NCBI GenBank assembly: GCA_023381995.1
Contig: JAMCVD010000112.1
Location: forward strand, 1 to 54,138
Direction: 5' to 3'
From: Deltaproteobacteria bacterium
Lineage (GTDB): Bacteria > JAMCPX01
DNA length: 54,138 bases
In this document: piece after piece, positions 28,199 to 37,048 of the stretch
Layout of the letters: every line of letters starts with the position of its first letter
Position numbering within the stretch: position 1 is the stretch's first letter
Notes under the pieces: model-generated
Told to the model about the DNA's origin: nothing
The model's database searches: none
The model's input: the letters and a program-made list of their open reading frames with translations, nothing else
Made by a program: the position numbers and the translations under genes

Positions 28199-30709
28199 TT
28201 GATAGCAAGAATCAACCTTTTTAAGGAAGGATCTTCGGTCGATAAAATTGCCGTGCAGCTAAAATATGCGAACTATCTGAAGCTGCTGTCTGAGAACGAA
28301 CTCGTCCTCCGCATCATTACGGAGCTTAAGGAGAAAATGTCGGGCGATGAGCCGTTTGAGATAGGATACCTCCGGCTCAATACGGAAACGATCCTGGCGA
28401 CCATAAAAAATATAATAGCCCTCCTCAACAGATTGTCCGATGACAAGTACAGAGGATTGAATGATACCTATGGACGGCTGAAGGCAAATATAGAGCAGGC
28501 ATTATCGAAGAAGAAGGACATTCCTGTTGATAAATTGATACTCGACTTTGCAGAGGTGACGGGAGATATGATTGACAGCGTTGGGGGCAAAAATGCACAG
28601 ATAGGCGAAATCAGGAATAAGCTCAACGTGCCTGTCCCGAAAGGTTTTGTCATCACCGCGTATGCGTATAGGCGGTTCCTCGAATACAACCAGCTTGAGA
28701 AGAAGATACATGTTATGCTGGCCGGGCTCGATATAAATAACTTTGACAGCACTTCATTTGTCAGCAGGCAGATACAGTCGATGATCGGGAACGCCGCGGT
28801 ACAGCCGGAGCTGCTTGAAGCCATAGAGGAGAGGTCCGCCGAGTTCAGCGGTACAGACGCGGGCAGTGCCCTGTTTTCGGTAAGGAGCAGTGCTGTCGGT
28901 GAGAGTACCGAATTCAGCTTCGCGGGGCAGTATGCCACGTTCCTCGGCGTGGCTCCCAAAGATATACCGGGGTGCTACAAAAAGATACTTGCAAGCAAGT
29001 TCGCACCCCGGGCGCTCTTTTATCTTACGAACAGAGGGTTCAGAGAGGACGACATAGCGATGAGTGCAGGGTGCATGGAGATGGTGGATGCAAAGTCGAG
29101 CGGGGTTATGCATACGATCAATCCGTTTCATCCTGACGGTGACAGCATGGTGATAAATTCGATCTTTGGACTCGGCAGGTATATCGTTGAGGGGGACGTG
29201 CCACCCGATCTTTTCGAGGTATCAAAATCCGGAGGCAACGTCATTCAGTCGAAGACGGTACACAAACTGCGAATGCTCGCCTTGAGTGACTCCCCTCCTG
29301 GAGTAGAAGAGAAAGAAGTTCCCGACGAGGCGAAGGACGCACAGTCGATCACGGGCGAGCAGATCAAGGAGCTTGTGTCCTGCGCCGTGATGCTCGAGAC
29401 GTACTATAAGCAGCCCCAGATCATCGAATGGGCCTATGATTACAGCGGCAGGCTCTTTATCCTGCAGACGAGCCCGCTTATCATGCTGAAGCACGATGTA
29501 CGGAACATCGATGTCGATCCGTCCCGGAACAGGCTCCTCGTAGGGCATGCCGAGACCGCATCTCCGGGTGTGGGATATGGCCCAGTTTTCGTCGTAAACA
29601 CAGACGACGATATCCCACATTTCCCCAACGGAGCAATTATGGTCACGCGGTATTCTTCACCGACGTATGTCGGTGTCATGAACAGGGCGAAGGGAATAGT
29701 TGCAGAGATAGGGAGCCCGACTGGGCATATGGCGACGCTTGCGAGGGAATTCCAGATACCGACGATTGTCAATGCCTATAACGCGGGCACTGTCTTGAAG
29801 CAGGGGATGATGGTGAGCATAGACGCCGATCGTGGCTGCGTATACGATGGGTATGCGGAAGTGCTCTTCCGGGAGCCGTACAAGAGGAAAGGCATATTCA
29901 AAGACACACCTGTGTTCGTTACCATGGAAAAGGTCCTTGAACATATCACGCCGCTGAATCTCATCGATCCATACAGTCCGGATTTTACCATGGCGTCAGT
30001 GCATACCCTTCACGATATCGTAAGGTTCGCACATCAGGCCGCGATGGATGAGATGTTTCTTGTTGCCCAGAATGTCACGGATGATACGATACCTGCTGTA
30101 GAGCTTCAGACAGAGTCACAGTTTAAGGTCTACATAATAGATCTCGGAGACGGCGTAAAACGGGAGAAGGACATTTCAGAGTCCTCGATCATATCGGTCC
30201 CGTTCCTGTCGTTCTGGAAGGGCGTGAAGACCGGAGGGGCTGCTCCGAGGGCTGTGAGCGGTGGCGGCTTCATGTCGGTCGTTATGAACACGATGGCCAA
30301 TCCCGGGATTCAGAAGGGGCTGTACGAGAAGAACCTCGCGTTGATAAGCAGGGAGTATATGAATTTCAACATAAGGATGGGGTATCACCTATCAATCATA
30401 GAGGGGTTGTGTACAAAAGAGCCTCATGATAACTATGTACGTTTTATTTTCCAGGGCGGCGGTGCGGACATCGGCAGGAGAATAAAAAGGGCGCAGCTCA
30501 TATCGGCTATATTACAGAGGTATCAATTCCGCGTAAAGCAGGCGGAGGACATGATCAGGGCGCTCTACACAAAATGCGAACGGGACAAATTCGAGGAGCT
30601 TATGGGGATGTTGGGAAGATTGACCGTTTTTACAAAGCAGCTCGATATGAGCATGGAGGGCGATAGTGCCGAGATCGGGCTTTATACCGATATATTTTTC
30701 GGGCCTTAG
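28199..30709 (+). CDS. PEP synthase/pyruvate dikinase-like protein (ATP-grasp plus phospho-His swivel domain, no pyruvate-binding barrel)
   Basis: VGGKNAQIGE, VPKGF, VRSSA..SFAGQY, IEWA, ASPG and GSPTGHMATLARE. The start is uncertain (TTG 28199 after GAGG; the ORF is open from 28169). Confidence 0.85.
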   Translation: MIARINLFKEGSSVDKIAVQLKYANYLKLLSENELVLRIITELKEKMSGDEPFEIGYLRLNTETILATIKNIIALLNRLSDDKYRGLNDTYGRLKANIEQALSKKKDIPVDKLILDFAEVTGDMIDSVGGKNAQIGEIRNKLNVPVPKGFVITAYAYRRFLEYNQLEKKIHVMLAGLDINNFDSTSFVSRQIQSMIGNAAVQPELLEAIEERSAEFSGTDAGSALFSVRSSAVGESTEFSFAGQYATFLGVAPKDIPGCYKKILASKFAPRALFYLTNRGFREDDIAMSAGCMEMVDAKSSGVMHTINPFHPDGDSMVINSIFGLGRYIVEGDVPPDLFEVSKSGGNVIQSKTVHKLRMLALSDSPPGVEEKEVPDEAKDAQSITGEQIKELVSCAVMLETYYKQPQIIEWAYDYSGRLFILQTSPLIMLKHDVRNIDVDPSRNRLLVGHAETASPGVGYGPVFVVNTDDDIPHFPNGAIMVTRYSSPTYVGVMNRAKGIVAEIGSPTGHMATLAREFQIPTIVNAYNAGTVLKQGMMVSIDADRGCVYDGYAEVLFREPYKRKGIFKDTPVFVTMEKVLEHITPLNLIDPYSPDFTMASVHTLHDIVRFAHQAAMDEMFLVAQNVTDDTIPAVELQTESQFKVYIIDLGDGVKREKDISESSIISVPFLSFWKGVKTGGAAPRAVSGGGFMSVVMNTMANPGIQKGLYEKNLALISREYMNFNIRMGYHLSIIEGLCTKEPHDNYVRFIFQGGGADIGRRIKRAQLISAILQRYQFRVKQAEDMIRALYTKCERDKFEELMGMLGRLTVFTKQLDMSMEGDSAEIGLYTDIFFGP

Positions 30710-30756
30710 GCCTGCGTCTGTCGGGAAGCCGTACCGCCTTTAGCGGGGCAGATTTT

Positions 30757-31362
30757 CTACTCTATATCGTTTTCTTCTTCGTTGTTGCCCGTCGTGAATA
30801 TGTCTTTCTCACTCTCGAGCGACTGTTTCAGAGCCTCTTCTTTTTCTACGTTTGAGGCGCAGTCTATGCATAGCTTGGCGAAGGGCAGTATCTTCAATCG
30901 TGCAACGGGTATTTCCTCGCCGCACACCTCGCATACGCCGTATGTCTTGTTTTCTATCTTTGCAAGTGCTTCGTCTATCTGCTTGAGTTTCTTCGTGTCC
31001 ATTGTCGTCAGCAGATACTCGTATTCCCTGTTCCTGTCCTCCGCTATTGCATCGAGGTCCTCTATTTCGATTGTTTTCTCCTCTTCCATGGACGATTTTT
31101 TTCTTACAAGCTGGTCTATGATGTCCGCCTTCATTTTCAAAAGCATCTGTTTGATGTGTTCGTACTCTACGTGAGAGGCTTCCCTTCTCTGTGTCGAAAC
31201 TTTTGGTGTAGCTGATTTGGCCTTCGGCCCGGATTTCACGCCCCCGCTCGGCGCGACCGATTTCGGACTCCTGGTTTTTGTCTTCCTTGTAAGTCTGGAC
31301 GACGGTTTTGCGGTCCCTAAGGCCTTTTTTGTTTTTTTGGTCTTCTTTTTTGGGGCTGCCAT
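30757..31362 (-). CDS. DksA/TraR C4 zinc-finger protein with a Lys-rich N-terminal tail
   Basis: IDEALAKI..YGVCEVCGEEIPVARLKILPFAKLCIDCA. An AAAGGAG RBS precedes ATG 31362. Confidence 0.85.
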   Translation of the reverse strand: MAAPKKKTKKTKKALGTAKPSSRLTRKTKTRSPKSVAPSGGVKSGPKAKSATPKVSTQRREASHVEYEHIKQMLLKMKADIIDQLVRKKSSMEEEKTIEIEDLDAIAEDRNREYEYLLTTMDTKKLKQIDEALAKIENKTYGVCEVCGEEIPVARLKILPFAKLCIDCASNVEKEEALKQSLESEKDIFTTGNNEEENDIE

Positions 31363-31481
31363 ATGAGCTCCTTTGTTTTTAATTAATGTCTTTATGAAAT
31401 TCAGCATACAGACGCTTACGGGGAAATTTTTCAACTATAAAGGACTCTCTCTTTTGAATAGGAATGATAATACCTCTTTTC

Positions 31482-31519
31482 AAAAAAGCAAGGGCCTTCT
31501 GTGTTTTAATCGAAGGCCC
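31482..31519 (-). terminator. Putative intrinsic terminator after the cytochrome gene
   Basis: GGGCCTTC-N12-GAAGGCCC followed on the minus strand by TTGCTTTTTT. Confidence 0.45.
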
Positions 31520-31522
31520 CTA

Positions 31523-32572
31523 TTATTGTCCGTGGCAAACAGTACAGACTTTGTCTCTCGTCGTGCTGAGGCTGGACCTGAAATCGGACGGGTGTGGGTT
31601 GCCGCCTATGCCTCCGACCTTGTGGCACTGCACACATACTGCATCCGCTCCGCCGCTGTGACACGAGGCACAGGTATTGATGTTCTGCCTGGCGAGCCTT
31701 CCGTGAAATTGCGGCGAGGCCGTGTTGAAAAGGAAGTCCGTCCCGGCAGGGTGGGGGGACGCTGTGTTGGGTGTCCCGTTTGCGGCGATACCGTTCCTCA
31801 GGTGGCAATCACGGCAGTTGGATGGCGTGTGGCACCTGTAGCACGATGCCGGGTCCTCCTGTGCATCGATCGAATGGACCGAAAGCCAGTCGCCCCTGTG
31901 TATGAGCGGCTGCTGGGGCGCCTCGGGGTAGCGTACCGAAGGCAGTATCTTCGCATTCGTGTTGTGACAGTTGTCGCAGAAGGACAGTTGATGACATTGT
32001 TCGCACGATTCTATATCGGTCCTTGCGATTTCCCCATGGCTGTTCTTGAAGCCAGCGTTGTGGGTGAAGCGGGACAGCCTCTCTATAGCTATCGAACTCA
32101 ATGAGGTGTGACATCGGGAGCATTGCAGTGTGTCGTAGTCTTTCTGGTGGCATGTCAGGCACACCTGCATCGTTGGTAGATTGCCGGGTGTCGGTGATTT
32201 CTCCAGGGGGATGCGTGTATGGCAGTATGTACAATCGCTGTTGACTTTCGGCAGATGGGCCTTGTGGGAAAATACGATGTCCCGCTTTTCGATCGGAAAT
32301 GGTGCGGCCTTGTCGGGATTGGTATGGCACATGGTGCACTTGTTCTGCACATCGCTGTGGCATTGAAAGCAGATGTCCATCTTTGGTATAAAGCTGCCCG
32401 ACGTCGTGGTCGTCGTATCAATGCCGGAGTGGCACGTGAGGCAATCTATGCCGTTGGCAGTGACGTGTAGTTTATGGGAGAATGTCAGGGTGTCCCTGTT
32501 CGAAGAAAGTACCTTATTGCAGGAAACCGAAAACAATATAAGTGCGACAGCCAAAAAAATCCGTTTTTTCAT
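31523..32572 (-). CDS. Multiheme cytochrome c lipoprotein (13 CxxCH)
   Basis: I count 13 CxxCH motifs. The signal peptide MKKRIFLAVALILFSVSC ends in a lipobox Cys, and FSHKxH repeats are c7/c3-like. Confidence 0.93.
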   Translation of the reverse strand: MKKRIFLAVALILFSVSCNKVLSSNRDTLTFSHKLHVTANGIDCLTCHSGIDTTTTTSGSFIPKMDICFQCHSDVQNKCTMCHTNPDKAAPFPIEKRDIVFSHKAHLPKVNSDCTYCHTRIPLEKSPTPGNLPTMQVCLTCHQKDYDTLQCSRCHTSLSSIAIERLSRFTHNAGFKNSHGEIARTDIESCEQCHQLSFCDNCHNTNAKILPSVRYPEAPQQPLIHRGDWLSVHSIDAQEDPASCYRCHTPSNCRDCHLRNGIAANGTPNTASPHPAGTDFLFNTASPQFHGRLARQNINTCASCHSGGADAVCVQCHKVGGIGGNPHPSDFRSSLSTTRDKVCTVCHGQ

Positions 32573-32584
32573 AGTGCCTCCTTC

Positions 32585-33796
32585 TTAAAGTCCATATTTC
32601 AGGCTGAGCATGCCGAAGCCGCCATGCCGTATAAAGGGACCGTCTATGGAGTCTCCGGACAGCGTGAGCTTGAGGTCGTTTGTGATCGTTTTACCGACGG
32701 CTGCGTGGCCTACGATGCTGTGATCATAGCCGTTGAGCTCGCCGAGATAGGATGTATAGATGACTTCTATGTTCGCATAGAACCCCATTACGAAGCTCCT
32801 GAACAGGTAGAGTCTCGTCCTCAGGTAGTCCGTCGGGGCTGAATCGACCTTTTTCAATTCGAGGCCCATTGCGTAGGGGCGCATATCGTAGTCTACCGTG
32901 CCTCCGTAGCTGTACGCGTTGCCGTCGGAGCTGTACATGTATCTCGTCCCGTCCAAAGAAAGAGAGAGCGCATCGATGATTCTGTATCCCACATTCGCCG
33001 TTACGGTCCTGTACGACTCGGTATTAAACACCCAGAAAATGCTTGTCTTGTCGATGAGCGACGCCGGATCGAAGAGCGCATACTGTGCGTCCACGAACAC
33101 CTTCTTTATCGGGGTCAGGGACAATTTTAATGTGCCGTCGTATGCCCGCTTGTCGATCATGTCGTAGTAGTATCTCCCGAACAGGTACAGCATGTCGACG
33201 GGCTTTATCCATCCGTCTATGCCCCATCTTTCCTGTGAGATATCACCGCTGTTCTCCGCATAGAAGATGGAGCCGCCGACACCGAACAAGGACCTGCTGT
33301 AGGAGAGCCTTCCGCCTGTCGTTACGCCTCCCGGGGCATCGTGGAGCTCCGAGTCGACCTCGCTGCCGACGAATGCTCCGAGCCCCAGTCCGTAGAGGTT
33401 CCCGAGCATAAGCTCCAGGCCGTCGTAGCGGTCGTTTGCGGCGCCGAACCAGCTGGAAATCCTCCCGACCTTGAGGGCGATCGGAGCGCTCTTTGGCCGG
33501 TAGTCCAGATATCCGTAAGGCATGTCCACGGCTGTCCGGTTTGTATACACGGTATTGAGCAGATCGTACCTGAGCCAGCCGGACGCCTCGATGCTGAGTT
33601 CCCTGTCCGATGTGACGGGGTACGCAAGGTTCAAGTCTTCATAAAATGGAATATAACTGTTGTCCATATTGTTCATGTTCAGGCCGTAGGCCCCGAAATA
33701 TGTACTCGAATCGATATTGATGGGGGATGATGCCATTGCAACTTCGGGCAATAGAGCCATGAGAAGTATCGCCCATGTATTCTTCAATATCTTCAT
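32585..33796 (-). CDS. Putative outer-membrane beta-barrel (porin partner of the cytochrome)
   Basis: Sec signal peptide (..PEVAMA), alternating Tyr/Gly-rich amphipathic strands and a terminal strand LSLKYGL. AAAGGAGG RBS; the cytochrome starts 12 nt after its stop. Confidence 0.72.
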   Translation of the reverse strand: MKILKNTWAILLMALLPEVAMASSPINIDSSTYFGAYGLNMNNMDNSYIPFYEDLNLAYPVTSDRELSIEASGWLRYDLLNTVYTNRTAVDMPYGYLDYRPKSAPIALKVGRISSWFGAANDRYDGLELMLGNLYGLGLGAFVGSEVDSELHDAPGGVTTGGRLSYSRSLFGVGGSIFYAENSGDISQERWGIDGWIKPVDMLYLFGRYYYDMIDKRAYDGTLKLSLTPIKKVFVDAQYALFDPASLIDKTSIFWVFNTESYRTVTANVGYRIIDALSLSLDGTRYMYSSDGNAYSYGGTVDYDMRPYAMGLELKKVDSAPTDYLRTRLYLFRSFVMGFYANIEVIYTSYLGELNGYDHSIVGHAAVGKTITNDLKLTLSGDSIDGPFIRHGGFGMLSLKYGL

Positions 33797-33883
33797 TGTG
33801 CCTCCTTTAGAGTCCAGTTCACAATTTTCAATCAAGCATAAACAAATGGTGCTGGCAATAGATACAGAGACCGTGATAAAAAA

Positions 33884-35266
33884 CTAGTCCATGATACCAT
33901 ATTTCTTTATCCTGTATCTCAGCGAGCGCATCGGTATACCCAGCAATTCACAGGCCCTGGTCCTGTCGCCGGAGCATGCCCTGATCGCGTCCTCTATCAG
34001 TCCCTTTTCTATGGTGTTGAGGAGGTTGTCAATCACACCGTTGAATGTAAGCTTGATGTCTTCCAGCGTATACCCGTGCCCGCCCTTGTCCGAGACGACG
34101 TGGGTCAATTCCGGCGGGAGTGATTCGGGCAGTATGACAGGCGTTGACTCTATCGCGACCGCCCTTTCTACGATGTTCTCAAGCTCCCGGACATTGCCTG
34201 GATAATAGTAGCCCTTCAATAGGTCCATTGCCTCTTTTGAGAAGTTCTGGATGCCTTTGTTGAACTCCCCGCTGTATTTTTCGAGGAAGTGTCTCGCCAG
34301 AGGTAGTATATCGTCCTTCCTGTCTCTCAAGGGCCTCATCTCTATCTGTATTACATTCAATCTGTAGAACAGGTCTTCCCTGAACCTGGACTCTTTTATG
34401 AGCTGTTTCAGGTCCCTGTTCGTAGCGGATATTATTCTTACATCTACGGGGTACTCCGTCGGGTCTCCCACGGGCTTTACTTTTTTGTCCTGAATGATCC
34501 TCAACAACTTCACCTGGGTCTGAATCGGCAGTTCGCTGACCTCGTCGAGGAAGATGGTGCCACCGTCCGCCTCGAGAAAGAGTCCCTTTTTGTTTTCTAT
34601 GGCCCCGGTAAACGAACCTCTCTTGTGACCGAACAGTTCGCTCTCGACGAGATTCTCGGGGATTGCTCCGCAGTTGATCGGTATGAAGGGCTCGTCCTGC
34701 CGTGTGCCCTGATTGTGTATTGCACGGGCCACGAGCTCTTTGCCGGTCCCGGATTCGCCGTAGATGAGGATGTTGGTCCTCGTGTCTTTTACCCTGTTTA
34801 TGAGATTGAAGACTTCCTGCATGCTGCTGCTGACGCCCACGATGTCCCATTTCCCGTCCTTCATGCCGAGTTCCTGCCTGAGCCTTTTGTTCTCATGCTC
34901 GATCTTCTTGGTTTCGATGGCACGGCGGATCCGCAGCCTTAGATCGTCGTTGTTGAACGGTTTCGTAATGTAATCGTGTGCGCCGAGCTTTATTGCCTCC
35001 ACGGCGGTCTCTATGGTCCCGAACGCCGTTATGACGATCACCTGTATGTCGGGATAGAGCTCCCGTGCCTTTTTCAGCACTTCCAATCCGTTTATGGCAG
35101 GCATCATAAGATCGGTTACGATGAGATCGAAATAATTTTCCTTTAAGAGCAGGATGGCATCGGCACCATCTCTGGCACACGTCACGCTGTACCGCTCACG
35201 TTTCAGCACGAGTTCGAGGAACTCGCGCATCCCTTTATCGTCGTCCACAACAAGTATTTGGATCAT
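33884..35266 (-). CDS. pilR: Sigma54-dependent response regulator PilR
   Basis: REC domain (VVDDD, DLMMP, KPF), AAA+ motifs GESGTGKE, GSFTGA and FREDLFYRLNV, and a Fis-type HTH; pil context. Confidence 0.88.
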   Translation of the reverse strand: MIQILVVDDDKGMREFLELVLKRERYSVTCARDGADAILLLKENYFDLIVTDLMMPAINGLEVLKKARELYPDIQVIVITAFGTIETAVEAIKLGAHDYITKPFNNDDLRLRIRRAIETKKIEHENKRLRQELGMKDGKWDIVGVSSSMQEVFNLINRVKDTRTNILIYGESGTGKELVARAIHNQGTRQDEPFIPINCGAIPENLVESELFGHKRGSFTGAIENKKGLFLEADGGTIFLDEVSELPIQTQVKLLRIIQDKKVKPVGDPTEYPVDVRIISATNRDLKQLIKESRFREDLFYRLNVIQIEMRPLRDRKDDILPLARHFLEKYSGEFNKGIQNFSKEAMDLLKGYYYPGNVRELENIVERAVAIESTPVILPESLPPELTHVVSDKGGHGYTLEDIKLTFNGVIDNLLNTIEKGLIEDAIRACSGDRTRACELLGIPMRSLRYRIKKYGIMD

Positions 35267-35299
35267 AGTGAGGTCCCTTTCGTCCCTCGCTCTATCGTA

Positions 35300-36940
35300 C
35301 TACAGCGGCAGTCTGACTTCAACGGTCGTGCCCGCGCCCTTCTTGCTCTGTATGGACAGGGCGCCGTTGTGCTGCTCAACGATGGACTGTACGACCGGCA
35401 GGCCGAGCCCCGTGCCCCCGGGGTTTGTCGTCCAGAAAGGCTCGGTGGATGACCGTATCTCGTCCTCATCCATGCCCTGTCCATTGTCCTTAACGAGGAT
35501 CGAGACGTCGCTGTCCCTTTCGATGCATTCGACGGTCACCGTGCCGGCTTCCCTGATTGCATGAATAGCATTAAGGACGAGGTTGAGCAATATCTGTTTC
35601 ATCTTGAGCGTGTCTGCCCTTATGGAGGTCCTGTCCGCTACCGCGTTGAGCATGGTTACCGAAGGATTGTAGTCCACCCTCTCCATGACGCTCTCGAACA
35701 CCTCGTCGACGATCGGCTTCAGCATTACGCCCTCCTGTATGTTCGTAACGGGCTTCGACATGGAGAGGAACTCGGTGACGAGGTTATTTATCCTGTCTAC
35801 CTCCCTGAATACGAGACCCAGCGGCTTCTCAAATCTTTCGTTGTCTCCCAGGTCCTCTCTGAGGAGCTGGATCATCCCGCTGATGGAAGCGAGGGGGTTG
35901 CGTATCTCGTGGGCAACGCTTGCCGCGAGCCGGCCGGCGGTCACGAGTATGTCCGCCCGTTTGAGCCGTGCCTCCATCTTTTTCATCTCGGACAGGTCCT
36001 GAAAGGCTATGACCATGCCTATCGGCCTGGCCGTGCCCTTATAAAGGTTGGATATGGTGTAGCCTATCTGGATCGATGTACCGTCCTTTCTTCTGATGCC
36101 GAGCTCGTTCCTCTTGATGGTGAAGTCCTTGAGCTGGATGCCGGGCAGTATGTCCTCTATGACCTTGCCGGCGACCTCGCCGATGCTGTATCCTGTTATA
36201 TGACAGGCAGCGGGGTTCATTGTGCTGATCCTGTCGGAGGCATCGAGGGTTATCAGGCCGGTATCTATACTGTCGATAATGATGGTATGGAGGTTTTTCA
36301 GTCGTATGAGGTCCGTGCTGCTTGCAGACAGTGCCTTTTTTGCCCTGGTGAGGCTGTCACCAAGGAATGCGCTCAAAACACCCACGATAAACATCGTACT
36401 CATGTACGTGATCATATTGACCAGCGTTCCCCTGGCGGAGGTAAAGAGCTGCGAGGGCGGTATGAGCGACGGGAGCAGCCGGTAGTATTGTACGTCGACG
36501 AGCAACCCATACAGTATCGAAGACAGGGACGCAAACATGAGTGCTCCCTTTTTAGAGAGCAGGAACCCGCCCTCCATGGCGACGAAGAGGTACAGAAAGG
36601 TATAGATGCTGTCGATGCCCCCTGTCATTGTAACAATGGATGATACGAACACCGCATCCAGTGCAGTGACAAAGTAGGCCATGCTTTTGAGCGCCTCTTG
36701 TTTTCTCAGGGTCAGCAGCTCCACAAGACTGAGCACATAGAGGGCCACTATCAGTATGATCAAGGGAGACAGCCACGGGAGCGTGCTGAAGACAGCCCTG
36801 TACCGATATATTGTTACCGCAAGGCCTATGAGCAGGGTGACAATGGTCAGTCGAATCCCCGTGGACCAGTAGAGCCTGCTCAAAAGCTCTTGTTTCTCTA
36901 TCGGCGGTTCCGGCGAGGGGATATCGGTATAGTGTTTCAT
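35300..36940 (-). CDS. pilS: Sensor histidine kinase PilS
   Basis: N-terminal TM domain with TGGIDS, PAS domain, AHEIRNPL, NLVLNA, DNGQG and GTGLGL; it lies between pilC and pilR. Confidence 0.88.
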   Translation of the reverse strand: MKHYTDIPSPEPPIEKQELLSRLYWSTGIRLTIVTLLIGLAVTIYRYRAVFSTLPWLSPLIILIVALYVLSLVELLTLRKQEALKSMAYFVTALDAVFVSSIVTMTGGIDSIYTFLYLFVAMEGGFLLSKKGALMFASLSSILYGLLVDVQYYRLLPSLIPPSQLFTSARGTLVNMITYMSTMFIVGVLSAFLGDSLTRAKKALSASSTDLIRLKNLHTIIIDSIDTGLITLDASDRISTMNPAACHITGYSIGEVAGKVIEDILPGIQLKDFTIKRNELGIRRKDGTSIQIGYTISNLYKGTARPIGMVIAFQDLSEMKKMEARLKRADILVTAGRLAASVAHEIRNPLASISGMIQLLREDLGDNERFEKPLGLVFREVDRINNLVTEFLSMSKPVTNIQEGVMLKPIVDEVFESVMERVDYNPSVTMLNAVADRTSIRADTLKMKQILLNLVLNAIHAIREAGTVTVECIERDSDVSILVKDNGQGMDEDEIRSSTEPFWTTNPGGTGLGLPVVQSIVEQHNGALSIQSKKGAGTTVEVRLPL

Positions 36941-36945
36941 CACTG

Positions 36946-37048
36946 GATTGTACTTGCAATCTTGAAGATTGGTAAGTACATGTTTTCTTGCTCCGATAGC
37001 CTGTACTATTTGATTGTACTTGCAATCTTAAAGATTGGCAAGTACATG
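36946..37048. repeat. 37-bp direct repeat (36946-36982 and 37012-37048) duplicating the pilC 3' end
   Basis: gattgtacttgcaatcttRaagattggYaagtacatg, 35/37 identical with a 66-bp period. Both differences are synonymous. Confidence 0.9.

Noticed and set aside
33797-33883. Sigma54 (PilR-dependent) promoter or hidden pilA
   Set aside because: There is no correctly spaced TGGCAC-N5-TTGC on the minus strand and no prepilin GFTLIE motif.
36946-37048. Minimal CRISPR array (37-bp repeats, 29-bp spacer)
   Set aside because: There are only two copies, one is pilC coding sequence, and there are no cas genes or leader.
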